Positions 46,755 through 56,974 of a DNA stretch of 64,000 nucleotides are shown piece after piece. The notes under the pieces were generated by a model. The model saw only the letters and a list, made by a program, of their open reading frames with translations. It was not told where the DNA came from and ran no database searches. The position numbers and the translations under genes are program-made. The DNA lies in assembly GCA_009695005.1 (NCBI GenBank), contig SIBU01000002.1, positions 7,274 to 71,273 of the forward strand. The letters are read 5' to 3'. Source of the stretch: Candidatus Tayloriibacteriota bacterium (lineage in GTDB: Bacteria > Patescibacteriota > Minisyncoccia > Phycocordibacterales > SIBU01). Position 1 is the first letter of the stretch; each line of letters opens with the position of its first letter.

Positions 46755-47985
46755 TTTTTATCAAAATTTTTGCACCTGTATTTTCAGTTGGATGCGCCTG
46801 GTTGAAATGTGCCGAAGGGCCGACTGTGATGGATTTTTCTATTTGATGTTTTGCTAGATAGTTGATTATTCCAAAACGTCCAGCGTTGAGGGCAATAAAG
46901 TAATTTCCTGGAGTAAGAAGCTTTTCTGGAAAAGGTAATGTAATTTTGTAGTTACCTTTTTTTATGTTTTCAAGTTCCGGTTTCCAGTCGGCGATAAAAC
47001 TTCTGATCATGATGTCGCCCATGGAATTTTTTACATATATGCCGATACGGAATAGTGTGAGGTCGGAGAGTGTTTCAAAATCAATCTCAACCTCGAATGG
47101 CGAATCGCAGTCAAGGTGTGTGGTCTTGGAATTTCGTTGTTTTGTGTGGAATCTTTTTATGATGATATCTTTTTCTTTCAATGGAAAAAGTTTTTCACCC
47201 TCGATATTTTTCTCATATTCATTTTGAAGGTAATGTTCTATGACTTTTTTGGTGTCGTCAAACATTACTAGCTGGCCTTTGCTTAAAAGTACGCTTTTAG
47301 GACAAAGTTTTTCGACGGCCGACATGTTGTGGCTAACGAAAAGAATAGTTCTACCGGCTGTGCCCGTAACTTCTTCCATCTTCCCCAAACATTTTTTTTG
47401 GAATTCTGCATCTCCGACTGCTAACACTTCGTCAACCAAAAGGATATCTGGCTCGATGTGGGCAGCAATTGAAAAAGCAAGACGAACATACATTCCAGTT
47501 GAGTAGCGCTTGACCGGTGTGTCAATGAAATTTCCGATGCCCGAGAATTCAACTATCGCATCAAACTTTTTCTCTATTTCTTGTTTAGTCATGCCTAGAA
47601 TGGCTCCGTTCAGGTAAATGTTTTCCCTACCAGATAATTCAGGGTGAAAGCCTGTGCCGACCTCGAGAAGAGAGGCGATTCTTCCATGTATTGTAATTTC
47701 ACCTTCAGTTGGGGGAGTAATTCTGGATAAGATTTTTAGGAGGGTCGATTTTCCAGCTCCATTTGCTCCGATTATTCCTATGGCTTCTCCTTTAAATACT
47801 TCAAGGTTAAAATTTCTGAGTGCCCAAAAAGTTTCAGAACCATTTTTATTAAATATTGATTTGATAAATTTAAAGGGGTGAAGAAAATTTTCGGTAATCA
47901 CGTCACGTAAGGCAACATAACCGCCTTTTTTGCCGATGATGCTGTATCTCTTACCAACATTTTTTATTTCGATGATAGGTTTCAT
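46717..47985 (-). CDS. wzt: O-antigen/polysaccharide ABC exporter ATP-binding protein with C-terminal carbohydrate-binding extension
   Basis: Walker A GIIGANGAGKST, LSGG-like SRYSTGMYVRLAF, and Walker B ILLVDEVLAVGD. ~170 extra C-terminal residues. Confidence 0.7.
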   Translation of the reverse strand: MKPIIEIKNVGKRYSIIGKKGGYVALRDVITENFLHPFKFIKSIFNKNGSETFWALRNFNLEVFKGEAIGIIGANGAGKSTLLKILSRITPPTEGEITIHGRIASLLEVGTGFHPELSGRENIYLNGAILGMTKQEIEKKFDAIVEFSGIGNFIDTPVKRYSTGMYVRLAFSIAAHIEPDILLVDEVLAVGDAEFQKKCLGKMEEVTGTAGRTILFVSHNMSAVEKLCPKSVLLSKGQLVMFDDTKKVIEHYLQNEYEKNIEGEKLFPLKEKDIIIKRFHTKQRNSKTTHLDCDSPFEVEIDFETLSDLTLFRIGIYVKNSMGDIMIRSFIADWKPELENIKKGNYKITLPFPEKLLTPGNYFIALNAGRFGIINYLAKHQIEKSITVGPSAHFNQAHPTENTGAKILIKNEWQIQTNELPH

Positions 47986-47989
47986 AGTT

Positions 47990-48808
47990 TTATACTATAT
48001 CTGCGAAATAACGTTCAGTTTTTTTGAAAAAATAAATACCAAGTGATAGTAGAACTATTGATCCCACAAAGGAAATTGAAAGTGAATGCCAACCAATAGA
48101 GCCAGTGCCCAGAAGACCTGATCTGGCGGCTTTGATTACCCCAGTCATGGGATTAAGTGAAAGAAGCCATGCGTATTTTCCGGCAATACTTGAAGGATAA
48201 ATAACTGGTGTAAGGAATAAAAGTAGTTGCATGAAGAACGGTAGTACGTATCGAACATCCCGATATTTAACGTTTATAGAAGCTAATATTAACCCGCAGC
48301 CGACCGCGGTAGCTGAAGTGATGAAAAGTAGCAATGGGACAATAGTTAACCCCACAATTCCTGGAGCATAGTTGTAATGGAACATTAAAAAGATTAACGC
48401 TAAACTCGCGAAGAAAAAATCGACGTATTTATTTGCCGTGTCTGCGAGAGGAAGAATGATTCTAGGGAAGTAAACTTTTGTTATGATGGCCGAGTTCGAA
48501 ATAAGAGAATTAGAAGTATCGGATAATGCACTTGAAAAAAGTTGCCAAAACAAAAGCCCGCTGTAGACAAAAATAGGGTAGGGTATGCCGTCGGATGGAA
48601 CCTTGATTAGTTTTCCGAAAAAAACACTGAAAACAACCATGGTCATGAATGGTTGAAAAATGGCCCAACCGATGCCGACAATAGTTTGTTTGTACCGAAC
48701 TTTTAAGTCTCGCCAGACAAAAAAATAAAGTAAACCTTTGTAACGCCAAACTTCCTTGAAGTCTTCAAGGCTAAAAGTTTTTTTTGGTTTTATAATTGTC
48801 GTCACCAT
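47990..48808 (-). CDS. wzm: ABC-2 type polysaccharide exporter permease
   Basis: 272 aa with 6 predicted TM segments. Immediately upstream of wzt. Confidence 0.65.
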   Translation of the reverse strand: MVTTIIKPKKTFSLEDFKEVWRYKGLLYFFVWRDLKVRYKQTIVGIGWAIFQPFMTMVVFSVFFGKLIKVPSDGIPYPIFVYSGLLFWQLFSSALSDTSNSLISNSAIITKVYFPRIILPLADTANKYVDFFFASLALIFLMFHYNYAPGIVGLTIVPLLLFITSATAVGCGLILASINVKYRDVRYVLPFFMQLLLFLTPVIYPSSIAGKYAWLLSLNPMTGVIKAARSGLLGTGSIGWHSLSISFVGSIVLLSLGIYFFKKTERYFADIV

Positions 48809-48818
48809 AGTGTATTGC

Positions 48819-49766
48819 TTAATTTTTTACCTTTATCTCCTTTTGTGATTTTTGAAACCAATCGAAGGTTTCTCTTATACCTTCTTCTAATGTCTTTTTG
48901 TGGTGCCAGCCTAAGGCATGAATTTTGGAAACGTCTAATAGTTTCCTAGGTGAGCCGTCGGGTTTTGTCTTGTCCCATAAAATTTTACCTTTAAATCCAG
49001 TAATTTTTTTAACAAGTTCGGCCAGAGCTTTGATAGAAATATCTTCATTTGTCCCGACATTGATGATTTCGCTGTCGTTATAGTGCTTCATAAGAAAAAT
49101 TGCAGCATCGGCGAATTCATCGACGTGAAGAAATTCACGCTTTGCTTTGCCACTGCCCCATAAGGTTATTTCATTTTGATTATGCTTTTTTGCTTCATAA
49201 AATTTTCTGATGAGAGATGGTAGTACGTGGGAATGTTCAAGATCGAAATTATCATTTTGGCCGTAAAGACTGGTCGGCATTGCAGATATGAAATTGGTTC
49301 CGAATTCCTTGTTGTATGATTGACATGTGATAACTCCAGCAATTTTGGCGATGGCGTAGGCTTGATTTGTCGGTTCGAGTGGTCCTGAGAGTAGGTACTT
49401 TTCTTTTATGGGTTGTGGTGCTAGGCGTGGGTAGATACATGAACTACCAAGGAATAGTAATTTTTTAACACCATTTTTACGTGACTGTTCTAGGACATTA
49501 GCCTGGACCATCAGATTTTCATATATAAATTCGGCTGGAAAATCCTTGTTAGCCATGATCCCACCAACTTTAGCAGCAGCCAAAAAAACATAGTCAGGTT
49601 TTTCCTGAGCAAAAAAGTCTGTAACGGATTTTTGGTCAAGAAGGTCAAGTTCAGTTCTTGTTTTAAGAACAAGATTTCTGTAACCTTCATTTTGGAGTTT
49701 TCGAACGATGGCTGATCCTACCAACCCTCGATGACCAGCTATATAGATTTTATATTTTTTTTCCAT
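48819..49766 (-). CDS. fcl: GDP-L-fucose synthase (GDP-4-keto-6-deoxymannose 3,5-epimerase/4-reductase)
   Basis: KIYIAGHRGLVGSAI, LFLGSSCIYP, YAIAKIAG and MPTSLYGQNDNF. Confidence 0.75.
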   Translation of the reverse strand: MEKKYKIYIAGHRGLVGSAIVRKLQNEGYRNLVLKTRTELDLLDQKSVTDFFAQEKPDYVFLAAAKVGGIMANKDFPAEFIYENLMVQANVLEQSRKNGVKKLLFLGSSCIYPRLAPQPIKEKYLLSGPLEPTNQAYAIAKIAGVITCQSYNKEFGTNFISAMPTSLYGQNDNFDLEHSHVLPSLIRKFYEAKKHNQNEITLWGSGKAKREFLHVDEFADAAIFLMKHYNDSEIINVGTNEDISIKALAELVKKITGFKGKILWDKTKPDGSPRKLLDVSKIHALGWHHKKTLEEGIRETFDWFQKSQKEIKVKN

Positions 49767-49786
49767 TATTTTACTTGATAAGGGAA

Positions 49787-50890
49787 TTAAATATTTGATT
49801 CTGCTTTTTTAATTTTAGTCAGTATCAAATCATGAGCTACCATTTCCTTTATCAGTGTTTCAAAACTTATTTTTGGTTTCCAATCCAAAATATCTTCTGC
49901 CTTGCTTGCATCTCCAAGTAACGAATCCACTTCAACCGGCCTGAAGTATCGAGCGTCGATTTGTACGACTACTTTTCCCGTCTTTTTGTCCACACCTTGC
50001 TCTTTGATGCCTTTGCCTCTCCACTCAATTTTGATTCCTATTTCATTAAAGGCTAGTTCAACGCATTCTCTTACTGTGTGTTGCTTGCCAGTTGCGATCA
50101 CGTAATCGTTTGGTTCCGACTGCTGCAACATAAGATACATGGCTAGCACATAATCTTTGGCATGACCCCAATCGCGTTTGGCTTCCAGATTTCCTAAATA
50201 AAGTTTTTCTTGCAGGCCCAACTTGACGCGTGCAACCGCTTCGGTAATTTTTCTGGTGACGAATGTTTCTCCTCGTCGAGGTGATTCATGATTAAATAAA
50301 ATACCGTTGACCGCAAACATTCCGTAGGATTCTCTGTAATTCACTACTGAGTGGTAGGCAAAAACTTTAGCGGTGCCGTATGGGCTGGCTGGAGCAAAAA
50401 CAGTTTTCTCGTTTTGTGGTGGGGGAGTGGTGCCGAACATCTCCGATGAAGAGGCTTGATAAAATTTAATTTTTTTACCCGCATGCTCTTCGGTGTTTTT
50501 TACCGCTTCAAGTAGTCTAAGTACCCCTAACCCTGTTACGTCGGCTGTATATTCAGGCATATCGAAAGAAACTCTGACATGAGATTGAGCACCAAGATTG
50601 TAAACTTCATCCGGGTTTACTTTATAGAGAATTTTCTGGAGGTTGCTACCGTCAATTAAATCACCGTAATGAAGGAATAATCGTGTGTTTGGCAAGTGGG
50701 GATCTTGGTATAAATGTTCTATTCTGCCGGTATTGAAACTCGATGATCTTCGGATGATGCCGTGCACTTCGTAACCTTTTTCTAGTAACAGTTCTGCAAG
50801 GTAAGAACCGTCTTGGCCGGAGATACCCGTGATTAAAGCTTTTTTTCGTAAACCAGCGACTGTTGAGGTTTTTTTGGTTTCTTTTTTCAT
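49787..50890 (-). CDS. gmd: GDP-mannose 4,6-dehydratase
   Basis: [34 protein letters not shown]...NLGAQSHV...YGTAKV...NHESPRRG. Confidence 0.85.
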   Translation of the reverse strand: MKKETKKTSTVAGLRKKALITGISGQDGSYLAELLLEKGYEVHGIIRRSSSFNTGRIEHLYQDPHLPNTRLFLHYGDLIDGSNLQKILYKVNPDEVYNLGAQSHVRVSFDMPEYTADVTGLGVLRLLEAVKNTEEHAGKKIKFYQASSSEMFGTTPPPQNEKTVFAPASPYGTAKVFAYHSVVNYRESYGMFAVNGILFNHESPRRGETFVTRKITEAVARVKLGLQEKLYLGNLEAKRDWGHAKDYVLAMYLMLQQSEPNDYVIATGKQHTVRECVELAFNEIGIKIEWRGKGIKEQGVDKKTGKVVVQIDARYFRPVEVDSLLGDASKAEDILDWKPKISFETLIKEMVAHDLILTKIKKAESNI

Positions 50891-50947
50891 ATATGGTTTA
50901 TATAGTCAAATAGTATAACATTTTCTCTTTGGACAATGTTTTATATA

Positions 50948-51196
50948 TTACCATTTGTTGATTTTTCCGATTACTTTGCGTTTAATCTTTAGGTAAGATT
51001 TTTCCGCTTCCTTTTCCAGTTCCGGTGATAGTGCGCGAAGCAATTCCTTGCCAAGAATCCTGTATTGACCGCCAATTTTGTTTGCACGTATAAGCCCGCG
51101 TTTCAGAAGGCGCTTAACTGTGCTTTCGCTTATCCTTAATATTTTTTGGGTTTCTGCGGTTGTATACACAGCCCCTGGCTTGATTTCTTCATTCAT
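50948..51196 (-). CDS. Small helix-turn-helix DNA-binding protein (excisionase/MerR-like HTH)
   Basis: 82 aa. YTTAETQKILRISESTVKRLLKRGLIRANKIGGQYRI is a typical excisionase-family HTH. Confidence 0.5.
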   Translation of the reverse strand: MNEEIKPGAVYTTAETQKILRISESTVKRLLKRGLIRANKIGGQYRILGKELLRALSPELEKEAEKSYLKIKRKVIGKINKW

Positions 51197-51270
51197 TTAC
51201 GTATAATGTAGCAAAAGTGTCAAAAGGTGTCAAGTTGTATCAAATGCGTATTGTATGTTATTCTATATAA

Positions 51271-51954
51271 ATGATAAATAATCTCAAAATAGTTGGACTG
51301 GTCCCTCTTAGAGGTGGGTCAAAGTCTATACCGTATAAGAACATAAAAACCTTGGCGGGTAAGCCTTTGTGCTACTGGGTTCTTAAGGCGGCTACTGATT
51401 CCAAGTACATAGATGAGGTTTGGGTTTCAACTGAGGATAAAAAAATTAAAGACACAGTTTTGTCGTTTGGTTTGGGTGTGAAAGTTATAGATAGACCAGC
51501 TGAATTAGCCCAAGATAACTCTTCAACTGAATCAGTTATGATGCATTTTGCTAAAGAAGTGTCTTTTGATATTTTGATTACAATTCAGGCCACTTCACCT
51601 TTGACTGAAAATCAAGATTTAGATTTGGCAATTGAACAGTTTGTCGAGGGAAAGATGGACAGTATGGTGTCGGGAGTGCAATTAAAACGTTTCTTCTGGA
51701 CTCATGAGGGTGTGCCACTGAATTATAATCCTTTGAAACGTCCCTTGAGGCAGGAGTGGAACGGTACCATTATGGAGAATGGAGCTTTTTATATTACAAA
51801 GAGAGAAATTCTAGACACTCTTAAAAATCGCCTTGGAGGTAAAATAGGGGTGTTTAAAATGCCTGAACATACCGCTGTGGAAATCGACGAGCCGGAAGAT
51901 TGGTTGTTTATTGAGAATCGACTTTCCGGTCATTTTAAAAAATCAAAGGCTTAA
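51271..51954 (+). CDS. CMP-nonulosonic acid (acylneuraminate) cytidylyltransferase-like (NeuA/PseF/LegF/KdsB family)
   Basis: KIVGLVPLRGGSKSIPYKNIKTLAGKPL and VWVSTEDKKI. 227 aa. Confidence 0.6.
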   Translation: MINNLKIVGLVPLRGGSKSIPYKNIKTLAGKPLCYWVLKAATDSKYIDEVWVSTEDKKIKDTVLSFGLGVKVIDRPAELAQDNSSTESVMMHFAKEVSFDILITIQATSPLTENQDLDLAIEQFVEGKMDSMVSGVQLKRFFWTHEGVPLNYNPLKRPLRQEWNGTIMENGAFYITKREILDTLKNRLGGKIGVFKMPEHTAVEIDEPEDWLFIENRLSGHFKKSKA

Positions 51955-52081
51955 TTTTTTTGGATTACATTTTGGTCGAAACTCTTAAATTAAGATTACG
52001 GAGTATTGTTTGGCTGTAGATTTTTTAGGTATACACTAATTTGTGTAGCTCTCATTTTATCTCTGTGCTATAGTTTTTGTC

Positions 52082-54406
52082 ATGGCTAATCAAAAAAATT
52101 CACGGAAGCAAAAAAAAGATGGTACTTCGGAAGAAGTGTCTCAGGTTTCTGTTACTCGTCAATCCAATGACATTGTTGACGTGGTGTTAAGGTCAATTAT
52201 TTTGTGTGGAATTTTTATTCTGCCGTTTCTTTGTCTTTTTGTTTCAAGTCATTTGTTTTTTCCTTTTATTACCGGAAAGAATTTTTCCTTTAGAATAATT
52301 GTAGAGATTATTGCTTGTCTGTGGATAATTTTGGCCCTCAGGGATCGTTCCGCTCTTCCGAAGTTTTCCAGAATTTTCCAGGCTTTTGGGGTTTTTGTGG
52401 CACTTATATTTATTTCCGATCTTTTAAGTCCAAATGTGAGTAAAAGTTTTTGGTCAAATTACGAGAGAATGGAAGGTTGGGTGACACTTGCTCATCTTTT
52501 TGTGCTGTTTGTGGTTTTGAGTTCTGTCATGACTAAAAAGGTTTGGGAGTGGTTGTTTAGAGTTTCTCTTTTTGTAAGTTTTATTATTTTTATTTACAGT
52601 TGTCGACAGCTTTTAGGTCAACTTGCTATACATCAAGGGGCTACACGCATTGACGCTACTATCGGTAATTCTGCATATCTTGGTGGATATATGCTATTCC
52701 ATGTTTTCTTCGCTTTGTATTTGCTTTCGGGGTATGCCAGAAGAAGTTACGAGACCTTTGAGTTTGAGGATTATTTTTGGATTATTTCTTACAGTGTTTT
52801 TGCGTTAGCGGATACTTTTATTCTTTATAAAACTGCAACCCGAGGCGCAACCATTGGTTTGGTAGCTGGAATAGTATGTGTGACAATAGGATTGGCGGTC
52901 TTCGAGAAGAAAAATAAAATATTACGCAGTGTCAGTATTGCAATTTTGGCTGTTATTGTTTTGGTGGGAGGTCTGTTTATTTTTCAAAGAAATTCAGATT
53001 TCGTTAAGAATCATGAGCCTCTTTTCCGTTTAGCCGCCTTTACCGATGATTTGTTAACTTTCGATACAAAGGCTATTTGTGAAGGTGAAATGAAATCACG
53101 TTGTTTGTTGTGGCCAGTGGCACTTAAGGGAGTGGGAGAAAGACCTCTTTTGGGTTGGGGACAAGAGAGTTTCAATTACGTCTTTAATAAATATTACGAC
53201 CCCTTGATGTTCCATCAAGAACAATGGTTTGATCGCACACACAATATTATTTTTGATTGGCTTATTGCAGGTGGAATTTTGGGACTTTTGGCCTATCTTT
53301 CAATTTTTGGTTTTACTTTTTATTACCTTTGGCGAAAGGGTAGCCCATTTTCTTTCTCAGAAAAAAGTTTGTTAACCGGATTGTTTGTTGGGTATTTTTT
53401 CCACAACCTTACTGTGTTCGACAACATAACCAGTTACATTCCTTTCATCATGGTTTTGGCCTATATTGATTCTTTTGTCGGTGTACCATCGCCTAAGGTT
53501 GAGGAGAAGGTTGGTGCTTTGGATAGTGGTTTGAAAAATCGTATGATTATTCCGCTTGTTTGTTTGGTTACGGTTTTCATACTTTATAAAGTTAACGCTC
53601 CTCCTATTTTGGCGGCCACTGAACTTATTCAAGCACTTTCGAATTTACAAGGTGGACCTGCTGTTAACTTGGCTCGTTTTGAAAAAGCCTTATCACACAG
53701 ATCATTTGGTGATCCCGAAATTCGTGAACAATTACTTCAAACGGCCACTCAAGCTTCCAACGCACCTAATCTTGATCAGAAAATTAAGGGCGAGTTCTTT
53801 AGTTTGGCGAGAAATGAAATGTTGCTTCAGCTCGAGCAGGCACCTAATGACGCAAGATATCAGTTGTTCAACGGCACATTCTTGATGGCTATAGGTGATT
53901 TGGATAATGCTATTTTGTATTTGAAAAAAGCGCAGGAACTTTCACCGAAAAAGCAGGCAATTCTTTTCTCTGTTGGTTCCGCTTATCTTTCTAAGAAGGA
54001 TTATCCGAATGCTGTGGCGACAATGAAAATTGCTTTTGACGGTGATCCAACCCTCAATGAGTCTCGTACTCTTTATGGATTGTCACTTATTTACGCCAAA
54101 CAACCGGAGCTTGCAGCCGAGGTGTTAAAACCCATTCCTCTTGATTCTGTTTTGGGCGATGAGCGATTTATAGTGGCATTTTACACAAGCGGATATTTTG
54201 AAAATGCTTTGCAGAGCGCGAATGCCTTGATCAAGAAGAATCCATCTAATGCGAATTATTATTTTATGCGTGCAGCTGTTCTTAATGGAACGGGTCGCAA
54301 AGCTGAAGCGATTGCTGATTTAAACAGAGGAGCGGAACTTAATCCTTCTGCCAAGGCTCAGGCTGATGATTACGTAAAACAAATTAAAGCAGGGAAGATG
54401 TTTTAG
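52082..54406 (+). CDS. O-antigen ligase/polymerase-like (Wzy_C) polytopic membrane protein fused to C-terminal TPR repeats
   Basis: About 12 TM segments in the first ~470 aa, with a Wzy_C-like loop. The C-terminal ~280 aa form TPR-like repeats (..AILYLKKAQELSPKK.., ..ANYYFMRAAVLNGTGRKAEAIADLNRGAELNP..). Confidence 0.55.
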   Translation: MANQKNSRKQKKDGTSEEVSQVSVTRQSNDIVDVVLRSIILCGIFILPFLCLFVSSHLFFPFITGKNFSFRIIVEIIACLWIILALRDRSALPKFSRIFQAFGVFVALIFISDLLSPNVSKSFWSNYERMEGWVTLAHLFVLFVVLSSVMTKKVWEWLFRVSLFVSFIIFIYSCRQLLGQLAIHQGATRIDATIGNSAYLGGYMLFHVFFALYLLSGYARRSYETFEFEDYFWIISYSVFALADTFILYKTATRGATIGLVAGIVCVTIGLAVFEKKNKILRSVSIAILAVIVLVGGLFIFQRNSDFVKNHEPLFRLAAFTDDLLTFDTKAICEGEMKSRCLLWPVALKGVGERPLLGWGQESFNYVFNKYYDPLMFHQEQWFDRTHNIIFDWLIAGGILGLLAYLSIFGFTFYYLWRKGSPFSFSEKSLLTGLFVGYFFHNLTVFDNITSYIPFIMVLAYIDSFVGVPSPKVEEKVGALDSGLKNRMIIPLVCLVTVFILYKVNAPPILAATELIQALSNLQGGPAVNLARFEKALSHRSFGDPEIREQLLQTATQASNAPNLDQKIKGEFFSLARNEMLLQLEQAPNDARYQLFNGTFLMAIGDLDNAILYLKKAQELSPKKQAILFSVGSAYLSKKDYPNAVATMKIAFDGDPTLNESRTLYGLSLIYAKQPELAAEVLKPIPLDSVLGDERFIVAFYTSGYFENALQSANALIKKNPSNANYYFMRAAVLNGTGRKAEAIADLNRGAELNPSAKAQADDYVKQIKAGKMF

Positions 54407-54430
54407 GTTGAAAAATTGAATTATTCTAAG

Positions 54431-54481
54431 AATCAAAAAAATCGAGCGCATGCTTGACTTTTTTGATTTCTATGCTACATT
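54431..54481 (+). promoter_or_regulatory. Intergenic long AT/GC hairpin (possible terminator of ligase gene) overlapping candidate promoter (-35 TTGACT 54454-54459; -10 TACATT 54476-54481)
   Basis: aatcaaaaaaatcgagc-gcat-gcttgacttttttgatt is an imperfect inverted repeat ending in a T-run. TTGACT-N16-TACATT lies upstream of the strong SD AAGGAGGAG (54543-54551) for the TTG start at 54554. Confidence 0.3.
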
Positions 54482-54553
54482 TTGGATAGTTCACCGTGGT
54501 CTTTGCCATGGGCGAAATAAAATCTAAAACAAATCTACGTAAAAGGAGGAGAC

Positions 54554-55615
54554 TTGTCTAAAAACATAATAGTAGTAACAAAAGACATTGCGGAATTTCT
54601 AATCTACTTTCTTCTCGTGTCTGCTTTGCGTGAAAGAGGTCACAATGTGACTGTGATCGCTGAGGGAATTTCACTCGATAAGTGGTTGGAAAAAGATGAG
54701 GCTGTTGCTCGTCATTTCTCCGGTTCCACGGAGTGTGAGTTCGAAATTTTTCTCGCTGGGCTAAAGCCGGATCTTGTTCTTACAGGTCTCGCTGATCCGA
54801 TTAATTGGGGGGAAAAGTTCGGACTAGCCGCTAACAAGTTGGGGATAAAGCTCGGTTACGTCATTGATGTTTGGGGCGCTGAGTCTCGGTCAACCGCAGT
54901 GCCGAATTTCATTTGCACTCTTGACAATTTTGCTAGAGAAAGAATCTTGAACTACCATCCCTTTGGAGCATCGATGCCCAAAGTTTACATTACGGGTTCA
55001 CCGGCAATGGATTCTTTGGCTAAGGTCAAGATTCCGACTGGGTTTCTTGGTAATCTTGCAAATTGCAACGAGCGTACTATTCTGTTTTGCGGGCAAAATA
55101 TCTTCTCTGCCTCAGCTCTCGAGGGTTTGATTCAGGCACTGAATGATTGTCAAAAAGAGATACCTTGCATTCTTATTCCGAGATTTCATCCGAAATTCAT
55201 GCAACGAGCTGATCATTGTGCACTTTGGAATGCCATTTTGGCAAAGGCCAAAGGGTATGTGCTTCACGTGCCAACATCAACCACATCGCAACAGTTGATG
55301 ATGTTGGCCGGACTTACGGTTAGTGTGTTTTCGAATGCATTAATCGAGGCGGCCGCCTTGGGGTCACTTCCTGTTAGTTGGAATTCAGAGAACGGTCGGA
55401 AAAATATGAGCTCTGTCTTTGGCGGTCTGACACGTTTCCCATTGGTGGATTGTGGGTGTGCTGTCGAAGTGGAAACTCCGGCAGATTTTATTAGTGTCCT
55501 CAGGATGGCCCCCGTGGATTTTCAGAATAGGATCCGTCGGTGTAAGGCAATGTATCGAGGTGATGGTAATAATACCCAGCGTGTAACAGAGGCCGTCACG
55601 GCTGAGCTTGCTTAG
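54554..55615 (+). CDS. Hypothetical protein, possibly GT-B-like/capsule-biosynthesis-type transferase; GC-rich island
   Basis: TTG start with a strong SD (AAGGAGGAG). Motif YITGSPAMDSL. No confident family. GC is visibly higher than flanks. Confidence 0.3.
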   Translation: MSKNIIVVTKDIAEFLIYFLLVSALRERGHNVTVIAEGISLDKWLEKDEAVARHFSGSTECEFEIFLAGLKPDLVLTGLADPINWGEKFGLAANKLGIKLGYVIDVWGAESRSTAVPNFICTLDNFARERILNYHPFGASMPKVYITGSPAMDSLAKVKIPTGFLGNLANCNERTILFCGQNIFSASALEGLIQALNDCQKEIPCILIPRFHPKFMQRADHCALWNAILAKAKGYVLHVPTSTTSQQLMMLAGLTVSVFSNALIEAAALGSLPVSWNSENGRKNMSSVFGGLTRFPLVDCGCAVEVETPADFISVLRMAPVDFQNRIRRCKAMYRGDGNNTQRVTEAVTAELA

Positions 55616-55866
55616 TTGTTTTGCTGGTTTAAGTATCACCTGTTCCAATTTCGGTTGGGGCAGGTTTTTTTATGTCGAGGAATTGCCTCGACAGAGAGTT
55701 CGTGTGGTGTAATTTCAAACCCGTCGTTTTAAAATTGCTCTGGAGTAGGGTAAATCTTTGGAGTATGATTAAGTTGTGTATTATTGTGAGTGATGGATGT
55801 CGTTGATTGCGATTATGCGATGTTGGTTTAGACTCGAGTTTTATAGGTTCTCTGTTTTGTAATTTT

Positions 55867-56904
55867 ATGGAAGAAAACGTACCACTATCGAAATATACAA
55901 CTTTTAAGATTGGCGGATCAGCCCGCTATTTTTTTCGTATAAGAAAAGTTGAAGATATAATTAGTACTATCGATTTTGCTAGGAAAGAAAATTTACCAAT
56001 TTTTGTTTTGGGCGGTGGTTCAAATTTGTTGGTAAATGACGATGGTTTCAGAGGGGTAATCGCAAAAAATGAGATTTTAGGATTGTCGTATGTGGATGTT
56101 TTGGGTGGAGTTGAGGTTGCATCTGGTTCGGGTGAATTGTGGGATGAATTCGTGGACGCTATGGTCAATCGGAATCTTTACGGTTTGGAAAATCTTTCAG
56201 GCATACCCGGTACTGTAGGGGCATCACCGGTTCAAAATATCGGAGCGTATGGTGTTGAGGTTAAGGATTTTGTTATTGCAGTCGAGACAATCGATATGAG
56301 AAGTGGGGCGGCTAGAATTTTTAGCAATTCAGAATGCCATTTTGGATACAGGGACAGTTTTTTTAAGACCCCTGAAGGAAAAAATTTTTTCATAATCAAG
56401 GTCACTTTTCTTTTGAAGAATAGTTCACCACTTAATCTCGAGTATAAGGATTTGAAAAATTATTTTTCCTTAGAGTCTCGAAAAAATATTGTTCCCACGC
56501 TTCAGCTTGTAAGGAGTGTCGTTTTGGAAATTCGTAAGGGAAAATTCCCTGATTTAAAAAACGTTGGTACTGCAGGGTCGTTTTTCAAAAATCCAATAAT
56601 TTCTAAAGAGAAATTTGAAGATTTAAGAAGGAAATTCCCAAACTTGCCGGGTTTCAAGATACCAAGCACTTCAGGTCAAGATTTGATGATTAAGATTCCC
56701 TTGGCTTGGATTCTTGATAATGTGTGTCATCTTAAGGGTTACGTGAAAGAAGGCGTTGGACTTTTTGAATTGCAACCGATTGTTTTGGTGAGTGCTGACG
56801 GAACCAGTTCATCTCAGGTTCGGTCTCTTGCTGTTGAAGTTTCCCGATGTGTCAAAGAAAAAGTAGGTATTGAGATCGAGTGGGAAGTGAATTATTTGTC
56901 GTGA
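55867..56904 (+). CDS. murB: UDP-N-acetylenolpyruvoylglucosamine reductase
   Basis: LSKYTTFKIGGSARYFF...PIFVLGGGSNLLVNDDGFRGVI is the FAD-binding MurB N-terminus. Start taken at ATG 55867 rather than the upstream ORF start at 55807. Confidence 0.8.
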   Translation: MEENVPLSKYTTFKIGGSARYFFRIRKVEDIISTIDFARKENLPIFVLGGGSNLLVNDDGFRGVIAKNEILGLSYVDVLGGVEVASGSGELWDEFVDAMVNRNLYGLENLSGIPGTVGASPVQNIGAYGVEVKDFVIAVETIDMRSGAARIFSNSECHFGYRDSFFKTPEGKNFFIIKVTFLLKNSSPLNLEYKDLKNYFSLESRKNIVPTLQLVRSVVLEIRKGKFPDLKNVGTAGSFFKNPIISKEKFEDLRRKFPNLPGFKIPSTSGQDLMIKIPLAWILDNVCHLKGYVKEGVGLFELQPIVLVSADGTSSSQVRSLAVEVSRCVKEKVGIEIEWEVNYLS

Positions 56905-56974
56905 TTTTCATCTTGATTTTCCACAATAAAGTTTTTATGTTAATCTGACTTATAAGTTAAAATAAATAAAATAT

